The notes beneath the pieces were generated by a model. The model was given only the letters and a program-made list of their open reading frames with translations, had not been told where the DNA came from and searched no databases. The position numbers and the translations under genes were made by a program. 64,000 nt of DNA, taken from the NCBI GenBank assembly GCA_964016885.1, contig OZ024744.1:52328001-52392000 (forward strand), given 5' to 3'. Source of the stretch: Eledone cirrhosa. Lineage: Eukaryota. Of the stretch, positions 13,544 to 27,119 are shown piece after piece. Position 1 is the first letter of the stretch; each line of letters opens with the position of its first letter.

Positions 13544-13550
<7 letters not shown>
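13107..13550. repeat. 444-bp spacerless palindrome carrying a hammerhead on each strand
   Basis: Apex ggaatcat|atgattcc between 13328 and 13329; arms essentially identical. Confidence 0.93.
13444..13498 (+). ncRNA. Hammerhead ribozyme (mirror copy 13159-13213, minus)
   Basis: actgc-CTGAAGA-ggtcACAGCCAaagaTGGCTGTcact-GAAA-tatatat-A-gcagt; 5-bp stem I. Confidence 0.82.
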
Positions 13551-13589
<39 letters not shown>

Positions 13590-13617
13590 CATAACAAAAG
13601 GTTGATTTATATATATA

Positions 13618-13675
<58 letters not shown>

Positions 13676-13916
13676 GGAGATTCAGTGATGCGTGTGCATA
13701 TGTAGGTGTGGATAAAATACTACTAATAGAGACTAGTAGGAACATTATTCAACTCAGTACTCCATACTTTAAGGAAGGCAGATTGTAGATTTAAGTCATA
13801 TAGGACGTATGGCCATCTGAAACCGGTTTAATCTTCAACGTAGGGCCCATATATTTTACAATAATAATAGTAATAATAATAATAATAATAACAACAGCAA
13901 GAACAACAACAACAAC

Positions 13917-13992
<76 letters not shown>

Positions 13993-14240
13993 CTTTCTTT
14001 ATTAACCACAAGGGTTTACATAAAGTAGACATTAAGGACAGTACAGGACAATACAGGAAGGTACAAATGGGCATTTCTGCGTGTAAAAAACAAGAACAGA
14101 GTATGTAATAATAGAACAATGAAAACATTCCCCAATAGGAAGGAGACTTCCGAGGGACATTCGTGGAGAAAGCCCATTAAAAAGCCACAGTGACCCTGAC
14201 CACCAGGGCAAGTGCCATCGCCCAGTTTTCCACATTTAAT

Positions 14241-17200
14241 TTACAGACACATACTCAGAGTAGGCCCATTCACTCGGGACATTCTTGCCTCTCTCACATG
14301 CCCGGCTGACGGCACCTCAATGCCTGTAGAGTTTATCCCGAACTGGCAAAGTTCCTCGGTAGCACTGCCAGGCCAGGGATTTCTGGAAGTTGTCCATAGG
14401 CCCCGGCCCGAAAGTTCTTCCGAAGAGATTGGCTAGTTGATTTTCGCCGAGGCCTAGAGTTTCCCCAAGTACGTCGTCGATCTTCCTCTCCACTAATCCT
14501 CTTTAGAACGCCAAGGTGGAGTTTCCACCGATCACATTGCCCGATTAGTCGAGGGCTGTGAGCGCCTGAAGACATTCCAGTCTCCAAGCGCCCTCTCTAG
14601 GTCTTCGCTTGACCCAGGACTGCAGCTCCGTTAAGGAGACGAGCTGGGGATAGACGCGTCTAGCAAACGGCGACCACACCTGATCACCGTCGAGGAAGAG
14701 GTGGAGATGTCGTAGCCTGAGCGCGTGTCTTCGCATCATCAGCTACGGCATTCCCAGCCCACCACGTAGCGGGTGTTGACAGCAGATGGACCGCCTGACC
14801 ATCGGAGCGCGTCCCTTCAACAAAAAGCGAAAGAGCAAACGCTCCAGCGCAGTCAGGCGGGGATTAGGACAAGGTGCGACGGTCAGGCGGTAGTAGATGA
14901 CGGACGCGATATACGCGTTAGCCACCTCCGCTCGACCTTTCAGGGATAGCTTCCTCTCTGCCCATTTCTGGGTGAGAGAAGCCACCCTGCTCGTCACCTC
15001 GTCCCAGTTTTGTCCTTCTGGTGATCCGGACCAAACCAGACCCCGAATAATTTAACCGGTCCGTCCGTCCAGCACCCGACGACGCTGTTGGACGGCATGG
15101 ACCTGCCTCTCCAGATGCCGAGCTGCAAGCCCACTGACTTTTCCTGGTTGACCATTGCTCCTGTCACTGCTTCGTATTCTCTTAGTGTAGTGCCGATCGC
15201 CTCGATGTGTTTGGCGTTCGACACCACTACGGTGACATCGTCCGCATATGCAGACACGGATCTTCTGCATCCTAGTTCGTGCGGGACCCCCCCCCCCTCA
15301 ACGTCTCCAGTTTGTGCAGTAATGCCTCGAGAATCAATATGTACAAGAGGGACGAGAGGGGACATCCTTGGCGGACCGAGCGCATGATGTTGAACGGTTC
15401 CGAAAGGTGACTGTTCACTCTCACCACAGAGCAGATGTCGCTGTGCATGGCAGGGATCCAGCCTTTGAAGACGGGCCCATAGCCAGCCGCCTTCAGGACT
15501 GCCGCTAGGTAACGATGGTCGATCCTATCGAAAGCTTTCGACTGATCTAAATTGATCAAGGACCCACCCGCGCCAGGTTCCCTAGCTACTCTCTCTACGA
15601 TGTATCGCATGAGGTGGAGGTTGTCGTGGATAGATCTGTCGGGAATGGCGCATGTCTGTGCCTCTCCCACCAGACCACCAACGACAAGCGCCAACCTCTT
15701 GCTAGCACCTTCGCCAAAATCTTGAACTCTCTGTTTAGCAGAATTATGGGCCTAAAATTATCTATGTTATCTCCCCTTTTCGCATCCTTTCTCAGCAGCG
15801 CCACAGCTCCTCGGCTCACAGAGCTGGGAATTCTCCCGTTCTGTTGCCAGTTGCAGTAGACGTCCGCCAAGAGGCCTCCGAACAAGTCTGGCATCTGTAC
15901 GTAAAGTTCATAGGACAGACCATCCAAACCAGGCGATTTACCTCTTGTGCAGCCAGTCATTGCCTCCCGTACTTCAGCAGCTGTTGTCGGCTTTTCGCAA
16001 CACTCCGCCTCAGTGGTCGAGAGCCGCGGCAGTCCGTCGATGTAGGCACTAAAGACCATCCCTCGATCCGGCCCCCCGCTGACCCGAACAGCTGAACGAA
16101 TTATCGCTGAAAAGCTTCACACATTTGCCCGGGATCGAGTAGTATGCGCCCGTCGTGGTCCACCAAAGACCGGATCGTGGCTTTGTTGCCACGACGCGCC
16201 TCCGCCAGTCGGACCCATGGAACGACTTTCGTCCCCTCGTGTCTGAGAGCACGCACCCTAGCTCTGACAACGCAGCCTTCGTGCTTTGCCTTGAAGAATT
16301 GGTCAAGGGCCAATTTCGCCGCAAGTACGTCGGTCGCGATGCCTTTGCTAAGCGCCTCGTCTAATTTTCTAACAAGTTCTTCCTCTACTCTATTTTTCTC
16401 TATTGCTAAAGCCTTACTAAACCTAATGGACTCTATTCTAATCGCTCTTTTCAGAGCAAACCACCATCTGTTGTTGACGATGGCTCCCCGTCAACGCCCG
16501 CTTAACTAGTTCGCTAATCCGGTCTCTGTAGGCCTTGCACGCTGGTAAGGATGCGTTTAGCTTCCAGTAGCCGGGTCCTCGTCTATGAAGCCTATCTAAG
16601 TCAAGCACACAGATAACGAATTTATGGTCCGTGTAGCTGACTATCTTGAATTGTGGACAGCCTATGCTAGACCTATCTATTTCCCTATAAAATACTGTAT
16701 CTAGATATGATCTGGATGAACCTATGCGATTTGTCCAAGTCCACATTGGCACATTCGGGAAATCCAATCGGTACCTGTCAGACAGTTCAAAACGCCTGAG
16801 CAGGTTGGTGAGGCTCTTGCACCCTCCTCCCCTATCCGCTAATCCCACACAATCCCAGCGTGCATCAAAGATCCCCTTCCAGTCGCCCACTAACACTAAA
16901 GAGCGGGACGTTCCAAGAAAGGTCTCCAGACGCCGGAAGAAATCAGGCCACCCTGCTCCTTTCGGGGCTTAGACTGCCACTAGCCTGAAAGCTTGCCCGT
17001 CTCCGCTGGTCACTGCTAGCACCCCCAACTTACCTTCTGGGTCCACGAAGACAGCCCGTATGGCGAGATCCAAACCTAAAAGCACAGCAACTCGTCCCCC
17101 CGATCCCGGACGGCTGGGGGATGCGTACACATCGTAGCCGCCGAAGATCGGTGTGAAGGCCCGTGCTTCGGAGATTCTGGTCTCGCTGACGGCCACTACA

Positions 17201-17298
17201 TCTATGTTTAGTGACCTGATGTCGTTGAGCAGGTGGCCCTGCTTCCATGACGACCCCAAGCCACGCGCATTTATGCTGCCTATTCTGAGTGAGGTCAT
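14241..17298 (-). pseudogene. Tx1-like ORF2 (APE endonuclease and reverse transcriptase), frameshifted
   Basis: MTSLRIGSINARGL...VAVSETR, LVGDW, SYTDHK, KSPGLDGL, NFRPIILLN, DQSKAFD, SVRQGCPLS, SAYADDV, LSLKGR, GGLGMP. Confidence 0.92.
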
Positions 17299-17332
17299 GT
17301 TGAAATGGAGTGGAAAAGATGGGAAAGATCAC

Positions 17333-19440
17333 TTACCTTACTTCTCGTAGAGGAAGGTTGGTTTGCCCATCCTTTTCATTGCTTGTGGCCTCCTCCGGAA
17401 GGATGTCCTTATAAATCCTCCTGGAGAGTGTTTGTCGGAAGTCTCCGATGTCTTTGGGGAATTTTTGTTTTAGTGTCGTGTACGTTTTCTGTGTGATGCG
17501 AGTGATTTGTATGTGTGGAGGTGGTGTGAACTTGCGGGGTGTTGTGTAGTCTTTTTCTGTGATGCTGGTGTTGTGTTGCATGTAGTGTAATAATTGGTTG
17601 TTGTTCAAATTTAATTGTTTCTACTTTTGGCACAAGGCCAGCAATTATCCAGTGCATTACTGGTACTTTATTTTATCGACCCCGTAAGGATGAAAGGCAA
17701 AGTTAACCTCGGCGGGATTTGAACTCAAACCATAAAGGGGCGTAACTCTTTGCTGCAAAGCATAGCGTCAGACCCTCTACCGATACTGCCAATCCACCGC
17801 CCTCAACGGTTGTTGTTCAAATTTAATGCTGTGTAGTGTGTATCGTTTTGGTTGTTTTGCTTTGTTTGCGTTTGTTGTCGGTTTGTTTCTGTTACGCTTT
17901 TTGGTGAATTTTGTGGTGTTGGTGATGGTGGTGTTGGGGTTAATGATGGTGATGGTGTTGGTGTTTGTGGTGATGGGGTTGGTGATGCTGGTGTGGATGG
18001 TGGCATATCTGTCCTAACTTTTTTGTTTGATAATTTATTTGTTTCCCTCTGTATTTTGTTTTTGGAGGGGGAAGGAAGAGAATTTTTTCTTTTTTTTTTT
18101 CTTTTTTTCTTTTTTTTTATACCGTTTCCCACTCCTCGTCGTCACAATCTGTCTCCAGTTGCGATAGGCCGGGGAGTGGAAAATCCTCCATAGGCGTTGG
18201 TTTTGGTTGTGGCGTGGTGGATGGTGTAGGTGCTGGTGCCAGTTCTGGCGCGTTGGGTGGTAGTGGTGTTGGTTTTGCTTCTGTTGCTGGGGTTGTTGCT
18301 GTTACAGTTGCTTCTTTTGTTGCTGCTACAGTTCTTGCTGCCATTTCTGCTGCTGGTGGTGTTGATGGTTGAGTCACTGGGGTGGGTAAGAGAGGTGGCC
18401 TCAACCTTTTTTGCCTGAGGGCAGAAAGCCCTTAGGTGGGTTCCTTCACCACAAACGACACACCTAGGCCTTCTGCCCTCGACGATTACGGTGAGGTGGC
18501 TGCCGTCAGTGAGGTCTATTACCTCTGGGATCTCCTCAATGCTTTTATGGTCCGCTTGGATCAGGAGCTCCATCCCAGATCCGGACCAGTTCTCCTGCTT
18601 TTCTTTCGTTATTTCGATTATCTTGGTGTTGGCCTCGATGCCGGCGAGGACGGCAGCCATTAGCCAGGGAATTTTGATGGCCGGTGGAACGTGGGTTAAC
18701 CTGATCTTCACAAGTCTCTGGTCACAATAGCTTGGGACGAGTGTGAAGTCGTCACTTCTTAATGGGGCCATGGAGTGTTCTCTGGCCTCCTGTGGTGTTT
18801 CAAAGAACACGTCCACGGTTTCACATTTCTGCCCACGTCTGGGGTGTGTTTTTTTTGCCCACACATGTCCCAAAGCTTTTTAGATTTGGGACTCGGAAGC
18901 CCGTTCCACTCGGCGCGATTTTATGTTAATTGTCCGATAACACACGGTACATAGGCGACGATGCTCCATTTTATTAGGTGGGGTGGGTGAGGCTGACCCT
19001 GTACCCTTCTTTTGGCTTCTTCTAATTCCTCCTGAGTTACCTGGATCGCCTCGCACGTTTTTGCTACTCTAGCAAAACCTCAGGGTAGTTTTCTTAATTT
19101 CATTGTTGCTGTTGTTGTTATCGTTATTTTTGTTATTGTTAATTTTAGTTTCAGTTGTGGTGGTTCTGTGGAAGAGTTCATTTTGGTTGAATTCATTTCG
19201 ATATCACGAGTTAATTTATTTTTTCTTTTGTTTCTGTTGTCGCTGTGGTGGTAGTGGGGGAGGGGGCGCTTTAACACCTGCAGTCATTGGTAAGGGCGGG
19301 AAATGAATGTCTGGCTGAGACAAATTTAAAATATTGCTATTGCTTATATTTTTAGTGTTGGCAAACGTAGTAATATTTACAATGGTGGTGTCGGTGTGAG
19401 GTGTTAGTTTGTGAGGAAGGAGTGACTCTGAGTCTTCCAT
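17333..19440 (-). pseudogene. Tx1-like ORF1 (gag-like, CCHC zinc knuckle), frameshifted and interrupted by a SINE
   Basis: ORF 18142..18873 has RPRCVVCGEGTHLRAFCP (CX2CX4HX4C), followed by low-complexity Pro/Thr-rich segments. Confidence 0.8.
17612..17802 (-). mobile_element. SINE family 1 inserted in Tx1 ORF1 with a target-site duplication
   Basis: Full SINE; ggttgttgttcaaatttaat is duplicated at 17596-17615 and 17808-17827. Confidence 0.88.
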
Positions 19441-19666
19441 GATTTTTCAAAGAAATTTGTTTTGTTTGATAATTATAAAAAGTTTAAATTTTGGGCTCAA
19501 AGCCCCAATATTTTTGAGTGTCCTTTTCAGAAATCAATCTATGTGCACTTATATGCAGTTAACAATAAAATTTTTCCATAAATGGCAATTTTAAACAACT
19601 GAAAATAACAAACCTTTGCGGAGCTCACGATGATACGATTTACTACGTAGGTCGCCAATAATAATG

Positions 19667-19712
<46 letters not shown>

Positions 19713-19769
19713 CAACAACAAGAACATATGATATTTATATACGTGTGTGGATGCATGTGTGTGTGAGCG

Positions 19770-19802
<33 letters not shown>

Positions 19803-20469
19803 AATCTTTCAGTCTTTCACTGGTTTCCATCAGTAAACAGCACTAATGATGGGACATCATCTTTAAGGGCTTTTAGTTGAGCATATCGATCCAATATCTT
19901 ATTTCAATAACGTTATTGATTTTATCGATCTCAATTTGCCGAACCTCTTGGTTACTGGACATGAAATTTACACTAAGTAAATAACATAATCGCGCGCACA
20001 GATACCGATATGACACAGACATATAGATACATACACACACAAGCACAAACCTTCACACATACATCTATAAATACATACATAGATATAATAGAATATATAT
20101 GTGTATGGATGTATACATATATATATATATATTAATGTATATATACATATATATATGTGTGTACATGTTTGGGTGTGTGTGTAAGTGCATATATATGTAT
20201 GTATGTGTGTGTGAGTGTGTGTGTGTGTTGCAAATCTGCTGTTTCGCTGATGTCTATTCCAGTTGTTTTATTAACGGGATGACGTACTCAGGAAAATTAA
20301 CTTTTAAGGATTTCAACTATTTCTCAGGGAGATTCGATGTAAAACTATGGTTGAAATAGTTGGCCATTTCAATTAGAGGCACAAATAATTGTATCCAGCG
20401 GAATCGACTGGAACCACAAGAAATAAAGTATCTAATTATGTTTTTCTTTTTCTCTTAATTTCGTGTACA

Positions 20470-20755
20470 TTTTTACCGGCCACCTTCCTGGTGGTGACGT
20501 TGTAAAAGAAAGGAAATTGAATCACAAGAATGTTTTGCAAATTTTGAAGGTGCCAGCTATCGCAGCTATTTGTAGTCTATGAATTAGGGAGCTGTGCTCA
20601 TTGTCCACAAATCCAAGTTCAGTCATACTTTGGTTCAAGTGGGCTGGTATATAACCCGTAGCTCCAATAATGATGGGTATGAAGCTGAAGGTGTATCTTG
20701 GATACTGGATCTGGAAACTCCTCATCAATGGTCCGTAGATGTCCTCCTCTTGTAT
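20470..20755 (-). mobile_element. RLE-type non-LTR retrotransposon 3' fragment (R4-like)
   Basis: QEEDIYGPLMRSFQIQYPRYTFSFIPIIIGATGYIP...LQIAAIAGTFKICKTFL; a relative lies at 55260-55440. Confidence 0.7.
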
Positions 20756-20784
20756 TTTTGTATATACGTATGTATGTATATGAG

Positions 20785-21011
20785 GGGTCACTTTTGAGTG
20801 TACTGTTAACACGTAACCCAGTACACCTGTCACGTGGTCGGGTCGTTGGCGACTAAACCGGCACCCACACCAAGTTTAATTGGTGAGGAGGGTGATTTTG
20901 GGCACCGTGCAGGACAAAAAATAAAACTTGACAAAGGGCGGAAGAACTCATAAGATTCAACGGCAATACAAAAATGTGTAAATATGTATATATATATATA
21001 TTTATGTATGC

Positions 21012-21069
<58 letters not shown>

Positions 21070-21420
21070 ATATATATGCGCGGGGGACATAGAAATAATT
21101 GGGCTGGATACCCGATCGCGTGGTTAAACCACAGGGAGTGAAGGACCCCTAGCATTTGTCAGAGCATTCTTCTAGGAGAAGGCAACTCAGGAAACTGGGA
21201 TTACTCCGACATAAAACCTGCAGCTCAGTAGTTACTGATGATGTTTATCCTTTCTTTTCGAGTTATAGCTACTGTCGCTCAGAAAGTGGGATTGGCTCCG
21301 TGCACAGTCTTTCCTCACATTAAAAAATATCTTCACTCACAGTCATTGCACGATAGAATTAATTAATAATTATTAATAATGGTATATCGTGCAATGGTTC
21401 ATACTCGATAAGGAGTATAG
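20785..21420 (+). mobile_element. Non-autonomous RTE-related element, family A
   Basis: Collinear with 48976-49525 (minus) and 55995-56605; ggtcgggtcgttggcgactaaa head; (ATGT)-type flanks. Confidence 0.75.
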
Positions 21421-21504
21421 CCATTGCACGATATGTTTGTACGCATGCATATATGCATGTATGTATGTAAGTATGAATGTATGTATATATATATGTATGC
21501 AACA

Positions 21505-21737
21505 ACTAGCGTGGGATCACTTTATTATCAGTTGTTGATAAAATATTTACCAGGATTCTTCTCAAACGCCTGGTGATGCACATTGCACCTAAAATTCTGT
21601 AGTAATACCAGTGCCGTTTCGGTCCATATCGGGGAACTGTAGATATGATCTTCACTGTGCGGTAGATGTAGAAGAAATGTAAGAAGCTTGATTTGTACAA
21701 TTTGTACAATTGCTTTATTGATCTCGCGAAGGCTTTT
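21505..21737 (+). pseudogene. RTE-BovB-like RT fragment
   Basis: Manual translation: RGITLLSVVDKIFTRILLKRL...QCRFGPYRGTVDMIFTVR...CFIDLAKAF, with stops. Confidence 0.8.
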
Positions 21738-22039
21738 ATATACATTCATATATATAACCACGCATGCGTACACATGTACATATACATGTGCCTTTTTATA
21801 CCTGTATGTGCTTCTGCATATCATATATCTAAATATATATGTATTGTCATCACATTTCTGTAGTATTATCTACTTTAATATTTATGTGTGTTTGTGTATG
21901 TAGTGGCCAACGGTAACAGCACCAACCAGCCAATGATATGTTGTCACCAAAAACTTCACTACAAGTTCGTCCACTCTGACTATCCGGCGTACTAGCCAGG
22001 TGCAAACCGCCTCATATGATAAGCTAACAGAAAACAGGT

Positions 22040-22760
22040 GTTATTCTGGTAACGTCACCGTCTCGATAGTAGTGAGTAGAGATGTGGTTCGAGGACCCAG
22101 GTGACCAGATGTTTCCACTGCTATACATTCGGGGATCGGGGACACCAGGTATTTCCACTGTTATGAGTTTGGGTACCCAGAAAGTCAAATATTTCCACTG
22201 CTATAATTTCAGCGACAAACGGAAAGCGGCCGATACTCAAGAGCTTGAAATCTTCAAATAATCGGGCAATGAAACTTGGGTCTATTGGTGAATTGACCAA
22301 GCTGCTCCCCGAAATGTTGTCGCTGCATGTCGTGTCCCAGATGAGGGGTTTAACAATCCGGAATAGAAATATTGTGTCGCTTCGGTTTGAAGCCACCGGT
22401 TCGAGCGGCGATGTGAAGGCAACAACGTCCAAAAGAGGCTTATTGAGAGTCGGATAGTATGGGATGACAGATGATAATGCAGAAAGCGTTTACTATGGAT
22501 CCGCATTGGCATCCGTGTTGCGCGGAGATCAGAAGGTCAAGCCTCAGGGAAGCACCAATGCGTAAACAGCCACAGTCCAGCTGAGTACCGGTTGTCAGCG
22601 AGGGTATTAGGTTAAGCCAGCATCGTTATGGAGCTATGTGAAGAGGCAGAAACATGTCAGATGGTGATAATTAAGTTTTTTCGCGGTAATTTGAGTTCCA
22701 TCTACAGTGGGGAAATTGGACTCCCACAGAATCGTGACCAAGTCAGCTGCAAGTCGCGCA
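22040..22760 (-). mobile_element. CRE-clade non-LTR retrotransposon 3' fragment (Zn finger and RLE)
   Basis: LRIGASLRLDL...GCQCG, LEPVAS...KPLIWDTTCSD, AVETSGHLGPRTTSLLTTI. Confidence 0.7.
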
Positions 22761-23330
22761 GGCCGCCTTTATTTTCTTGATTGTAAGAGGCTCTGATGTG
22801 TTGTGGAGAACAATGTCGAATAGGGCACTACAGGAGGCCAGCAACACGAGAAATACTGTTAAAAGAAATGAAGAGATCGGAGACCAAAACCAACGCATCT
22901 TACAGATAGAAATTTATAGTATGTTTCCGTTGCTAAGAGTACAATTTCAAATATATTAAAATTAACTATAAAGATGAGCGCTAAGATTATGCAAAATAGT
23001 AAGTCCATTTTAGAATTCTACAATAAATTATAGGGTATATAAAGTATATAAGCAACTCAGTTATGTATTTTATTGTAGTTGTTTTGACTATACACAAATC
23101 TTCTGAGAACTCAAGGAGGATTGAAAATATAGTCAAGATAGATGTAGATATATGTAAATAATATATATAAACATATGTGTGTACATAAATACAGACACAC
23201 ATATATATAAAAATATATATAAATATATATACAACTAAAATACAGAGTTATTAACTCATATTGATACCCTTCAATTAACAAGCTCAAAGTATAAATACTG
23301 AGTATTATATATACTGAGTATTATATATCA

Positions 23331-23520
23331 GGGCGGTGGATTGGCAGTATCGGTAGAGGGTCGGACGCCATGCTTTCCAGCATAGTGACGTCCCTTTATG
23401 ATCTGAGTTCAAATCCCGCCGAGGTTGACTTTGCCTTTCATCCTTACGGGGTCGATAAAATAAAGTACCAGTAATGCACTGGGTAATTGCTGGCCTTGTG
23501 CCTAAAGTAGAAACAATTAT
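23331..23520 (+). mobile_element. SINE family 1, full length
   Basis: gggcggtggattggcagtatcggtagag...gagttcaaatcccgcc...agtagaaacaattat. Confidence 0.9.
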
Positions 23521-23774
23521 ATAATAATATATGTAAAAATAAACACAGTAAATTCCGTGTCTTAAATTACGAGGGTAGAGAATGCCACAAATGTTTTATA
23601 TATTTAACCTGAAACATACAGTAGGATATAAAATTATATACAGACCGTATCAATAACCAATTTTATATCCTACTGTATGATTCAGGTTAAATATATAAAA
23701 CATTTGTGGTATTCTCTACCCTCGTAATTTTAGACACGGAATTTACTGTGTTTATTTATACATATATTATTATA
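23521..23774. repeat. ~115-bp inverted repeat with a 23-bp spacer
   Basis: 23521-23635 is the reverse complement of 23659-23774. Confidence 0.85.
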
Positions 23775-23945
23775 AATATATATATATATAAATATATATG
23801 TATGTGTGTGTGCACGTAAACAAAAATTAAATTAAACTAATTTATACATTCTGAAAAAAATAAGATGAAATTATCTGCCATATTTTGGCTGTCTCTATCC
23901 TTATATTACATTTTATAATAGTTGTATCATGGTAATATATATATA

Positions 23946-24005
<60 letters not shown>

Positions 24006-24724
24006 ATATAGAGAGAGATGTGTGTATGTGTGTATTAGCAATTCGATAAACTAACAAGTAAATATTTAGATTCCCTTCTACCAATTTATTCCTTCCGCCA
24101 CCTTCAGACACTGCAGTCCTCCATTCATACACATGACAACCATCTACAGATATTCTGCTAACAACATACTCGCCCTTTATGATAAATGACATACAACATA
24201 TAACACACACATATACGCAATCATATCGAGTAAGATATCTCAGATAGGCAAAAATCTATGAGTCTATTTAAGTTTCTTTTTTTTTGTTTTTGTTTATTGA
24301 ATGAAGGATTGGTGAATATTTAGTTAACTTCCAAATTTAGTACATAACTGGTGTTTGATTTCACTGAAACCGGTGGAATTAAATACCGAACATCGACTTG
24401 CCTGAGATTTGAACACAGAATATAAAGGAAGATAGTAATTGTTTCTAATTTTGATACAATGTCGGGAAAGGCAGAGTCAATAAAAGTGACCCTAGTACAT
24501 TACAGGAAGAATATTTTACCACTCACGTCAGAATGAAAGAGAAATCTTATTTCGGCGGGATTTCTACTTATAAAAGGCCTTGGAACCGATAATGATCTTG
24601 TTTGCACACACATACACACACACTAATATATATATATAAATATGTGTGTGTATATATATATGCACATACAAATATATATATATATATCCATATGTGTGTT
24701 CATACAGAGTTATATAAATATATA

Positions 24725-24771
<47 letters not shown>

Positions 24772-24915
24772 GTAAGTATATTTACATGTATGTATGTGTG
24801 TATATACTAAGCGTACATAATTTTTGATACCTGTTTTAATATTAATATTCCACCATCCTAATATATACACGTATATATATACATATATATATGTGTGTGT
24901 GTATATATACAAATG

Positions 24916-25167
<252 letters not shown>

Positions 25168-25963
25168 GAGAGAGAGAGAGTGAGTGAGTGAGAGTGAGAG
25201 AAAATATATTATATATTTATTTGCATAGTTATATTTATATATATATATATGTATATATGTATATATATGTATATATATGTATATATGTATATATGTATAT
25301 ATAGTATATATATGTATATTTATGTATATATATGTATATATGTATACATATGTATATATATGTAAATATATGTATATATGTATATATATGTATATATATA
25401 TATGTATATATGTATATATGTATATATATATATGTATTTATATATGTATATATATGTATATATGTATATATATGTATATATGTATATATATGTATATATT
25501 TATATATATATATATATATATGTATATATGTACATATATGTATATATGTGTTTCGGTCAGTGTGTACATATCCTTACGTATATCTATATGATCGTAAATA
25601 TTTACTTGATTGTGTGCGAACGTCTAGTTGCTAATATTATTTTGTTTGTATTTGTGAATGTCGGTGAGTGTGTGTGTGTCTAAGCGTGTGCATGCATGAG
25701 TGTATGTGTGTATGTGTGTACTTGTGTGAACGTATATCGCTACATCTATGTGTGTGTGTGTGTTCGTGTATTAAACATGTGAACAGCGTATATAATATGT
25801 ATGTCATTAGTGGTACAAAATATTTACCAGAATGTACTATACACTGTTTTTTCATCTACACACAAGATACACATAGACACATGCTAGAATGGATGCATAC
25901 ACATATATCTATATGTTTATGTAGAATTATAGATATTTGTATATATATATGTGTGTGTATGTA

Positions 25964-26052
<89 letters not shown>

Positions 26053-26137
26053 CTACATATATATATATATATATGTAGGCACACACACACACACATGTTT
26101 TTAAAATCCAACGCCAATGAATACACCAGGATTTTTT

Positions 26138-26192
26138 CATTCTGATGATTGAAAGCAACATTTGTTTGCTTTTAAGAAACCACTGGTAAATG
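26138..26192 (+). ncRNA. Hammerhead ribozyme in a PLE terminus (26090-26295)
   Basis: catt-CTGATGA-TTGAAAGCAAcatttgtTTGCTTTTAA-GAAA-ccactggt-A-aatg. Confidence 0.85.
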
Positions 26193-26422
26193 AAATAATT
26201 GCCTTATGTTGTTTATTACATAACTATTAAGTTCTGTTACCTACATAGAGCACTCTTTTTTCTTAGACTTTTCCGACGGAATTACTTCATTCACACTTAT
26301 ATATATATATATATATATATTTTATTTTATTTTATTTTTTTTTTCCATTTTGACGCTATAGTCACTTATATATTATGGAATACTGTTGGCTTCTTGCCCC
26401 AATAATTTCTATACTTTTCATT

Positions 26423-26477
<55 letters not shown>

Positions 26478-26479
<2 letters not shown>

Positions 26480-26784
26480 GCCGGAAAAGAAATCGCCAAG
26501 TCCCTTAAATTACATGACCGAACCGAACCTTTAAGGGTAAAGACCCCGCACTTTACCCTGAAGGACCATAAGGGAAATTTCCTCAACAAACCATCAGTCA
26601 GACTTATCAACCCCACTCGTTCTGACATCGGCTCTATCAGTAAGAAGATCCTGGATAGAGTTCTACCATCATTGCGGGCAGCCTCACCACTTCCACTCTG
26701 GAGTAGAACATCTGAGGCAATATCATGGTTCCAAGAATTACCCGATAAACACCACACTCGCTTCCTGCAACTCGACATAGAAAA

Positions 26785-26785
<1 letters not shown>
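26478..26785 (+). pseudogene. Isolated internal Penelope-like RT fragment between (TA)n tracts
   Basis: [41 protein letters not shown]...[12 protein letters not shown]...FLQLDIEK. Confidence 0.85.
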
Positions 26786-26864
<79 letters not shown>

Positions 26865-27048
26865 CTATATATATGTATATATATATATATATATGTATAT
26901 ATAAATATATATATATATAAATGTAGGAGGTGAGTTTTATTGTAGTACAATAAAGCAATGCAGATATCGGATAAGTAGCACTCTACAGTTTGTAGGACTG
27001 GAGTATAAATAATATATAAGATCAAAAGATGGTTAAAAGAATTCCATG

Positions 27049-27119
27049 TATTTTATTATGCGCATTTAAAAAACAAATATCATCATGCGATGACATTTGC
27101 GTTTTCGTCAGATAAAATA
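27049..27119 (-). ncRNA. Hammerhead ribozyme (GAAA mutated to TAAA) at the end of a PLE-like 3' region
   Basis: tattttat-CTGACGA-aaacgCAAATGTCATCgcatGATGATATTTGttttt-tAAA-tgcgcat-A-ataaaata; 8-bp stem I. Confidence 0.7.

Larger units (their letters stand above)
13992..19656 (-). mobile_element. Near full-length degenerate Tx1/L1-clade LINE inserted in (AAT)n
   Basis: ORF1 and ORF2 remnants, AATAAA near the 3' end, (AAT)n on both flanks (13860-13991 and 19657-19710). Confidence 0.92.
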
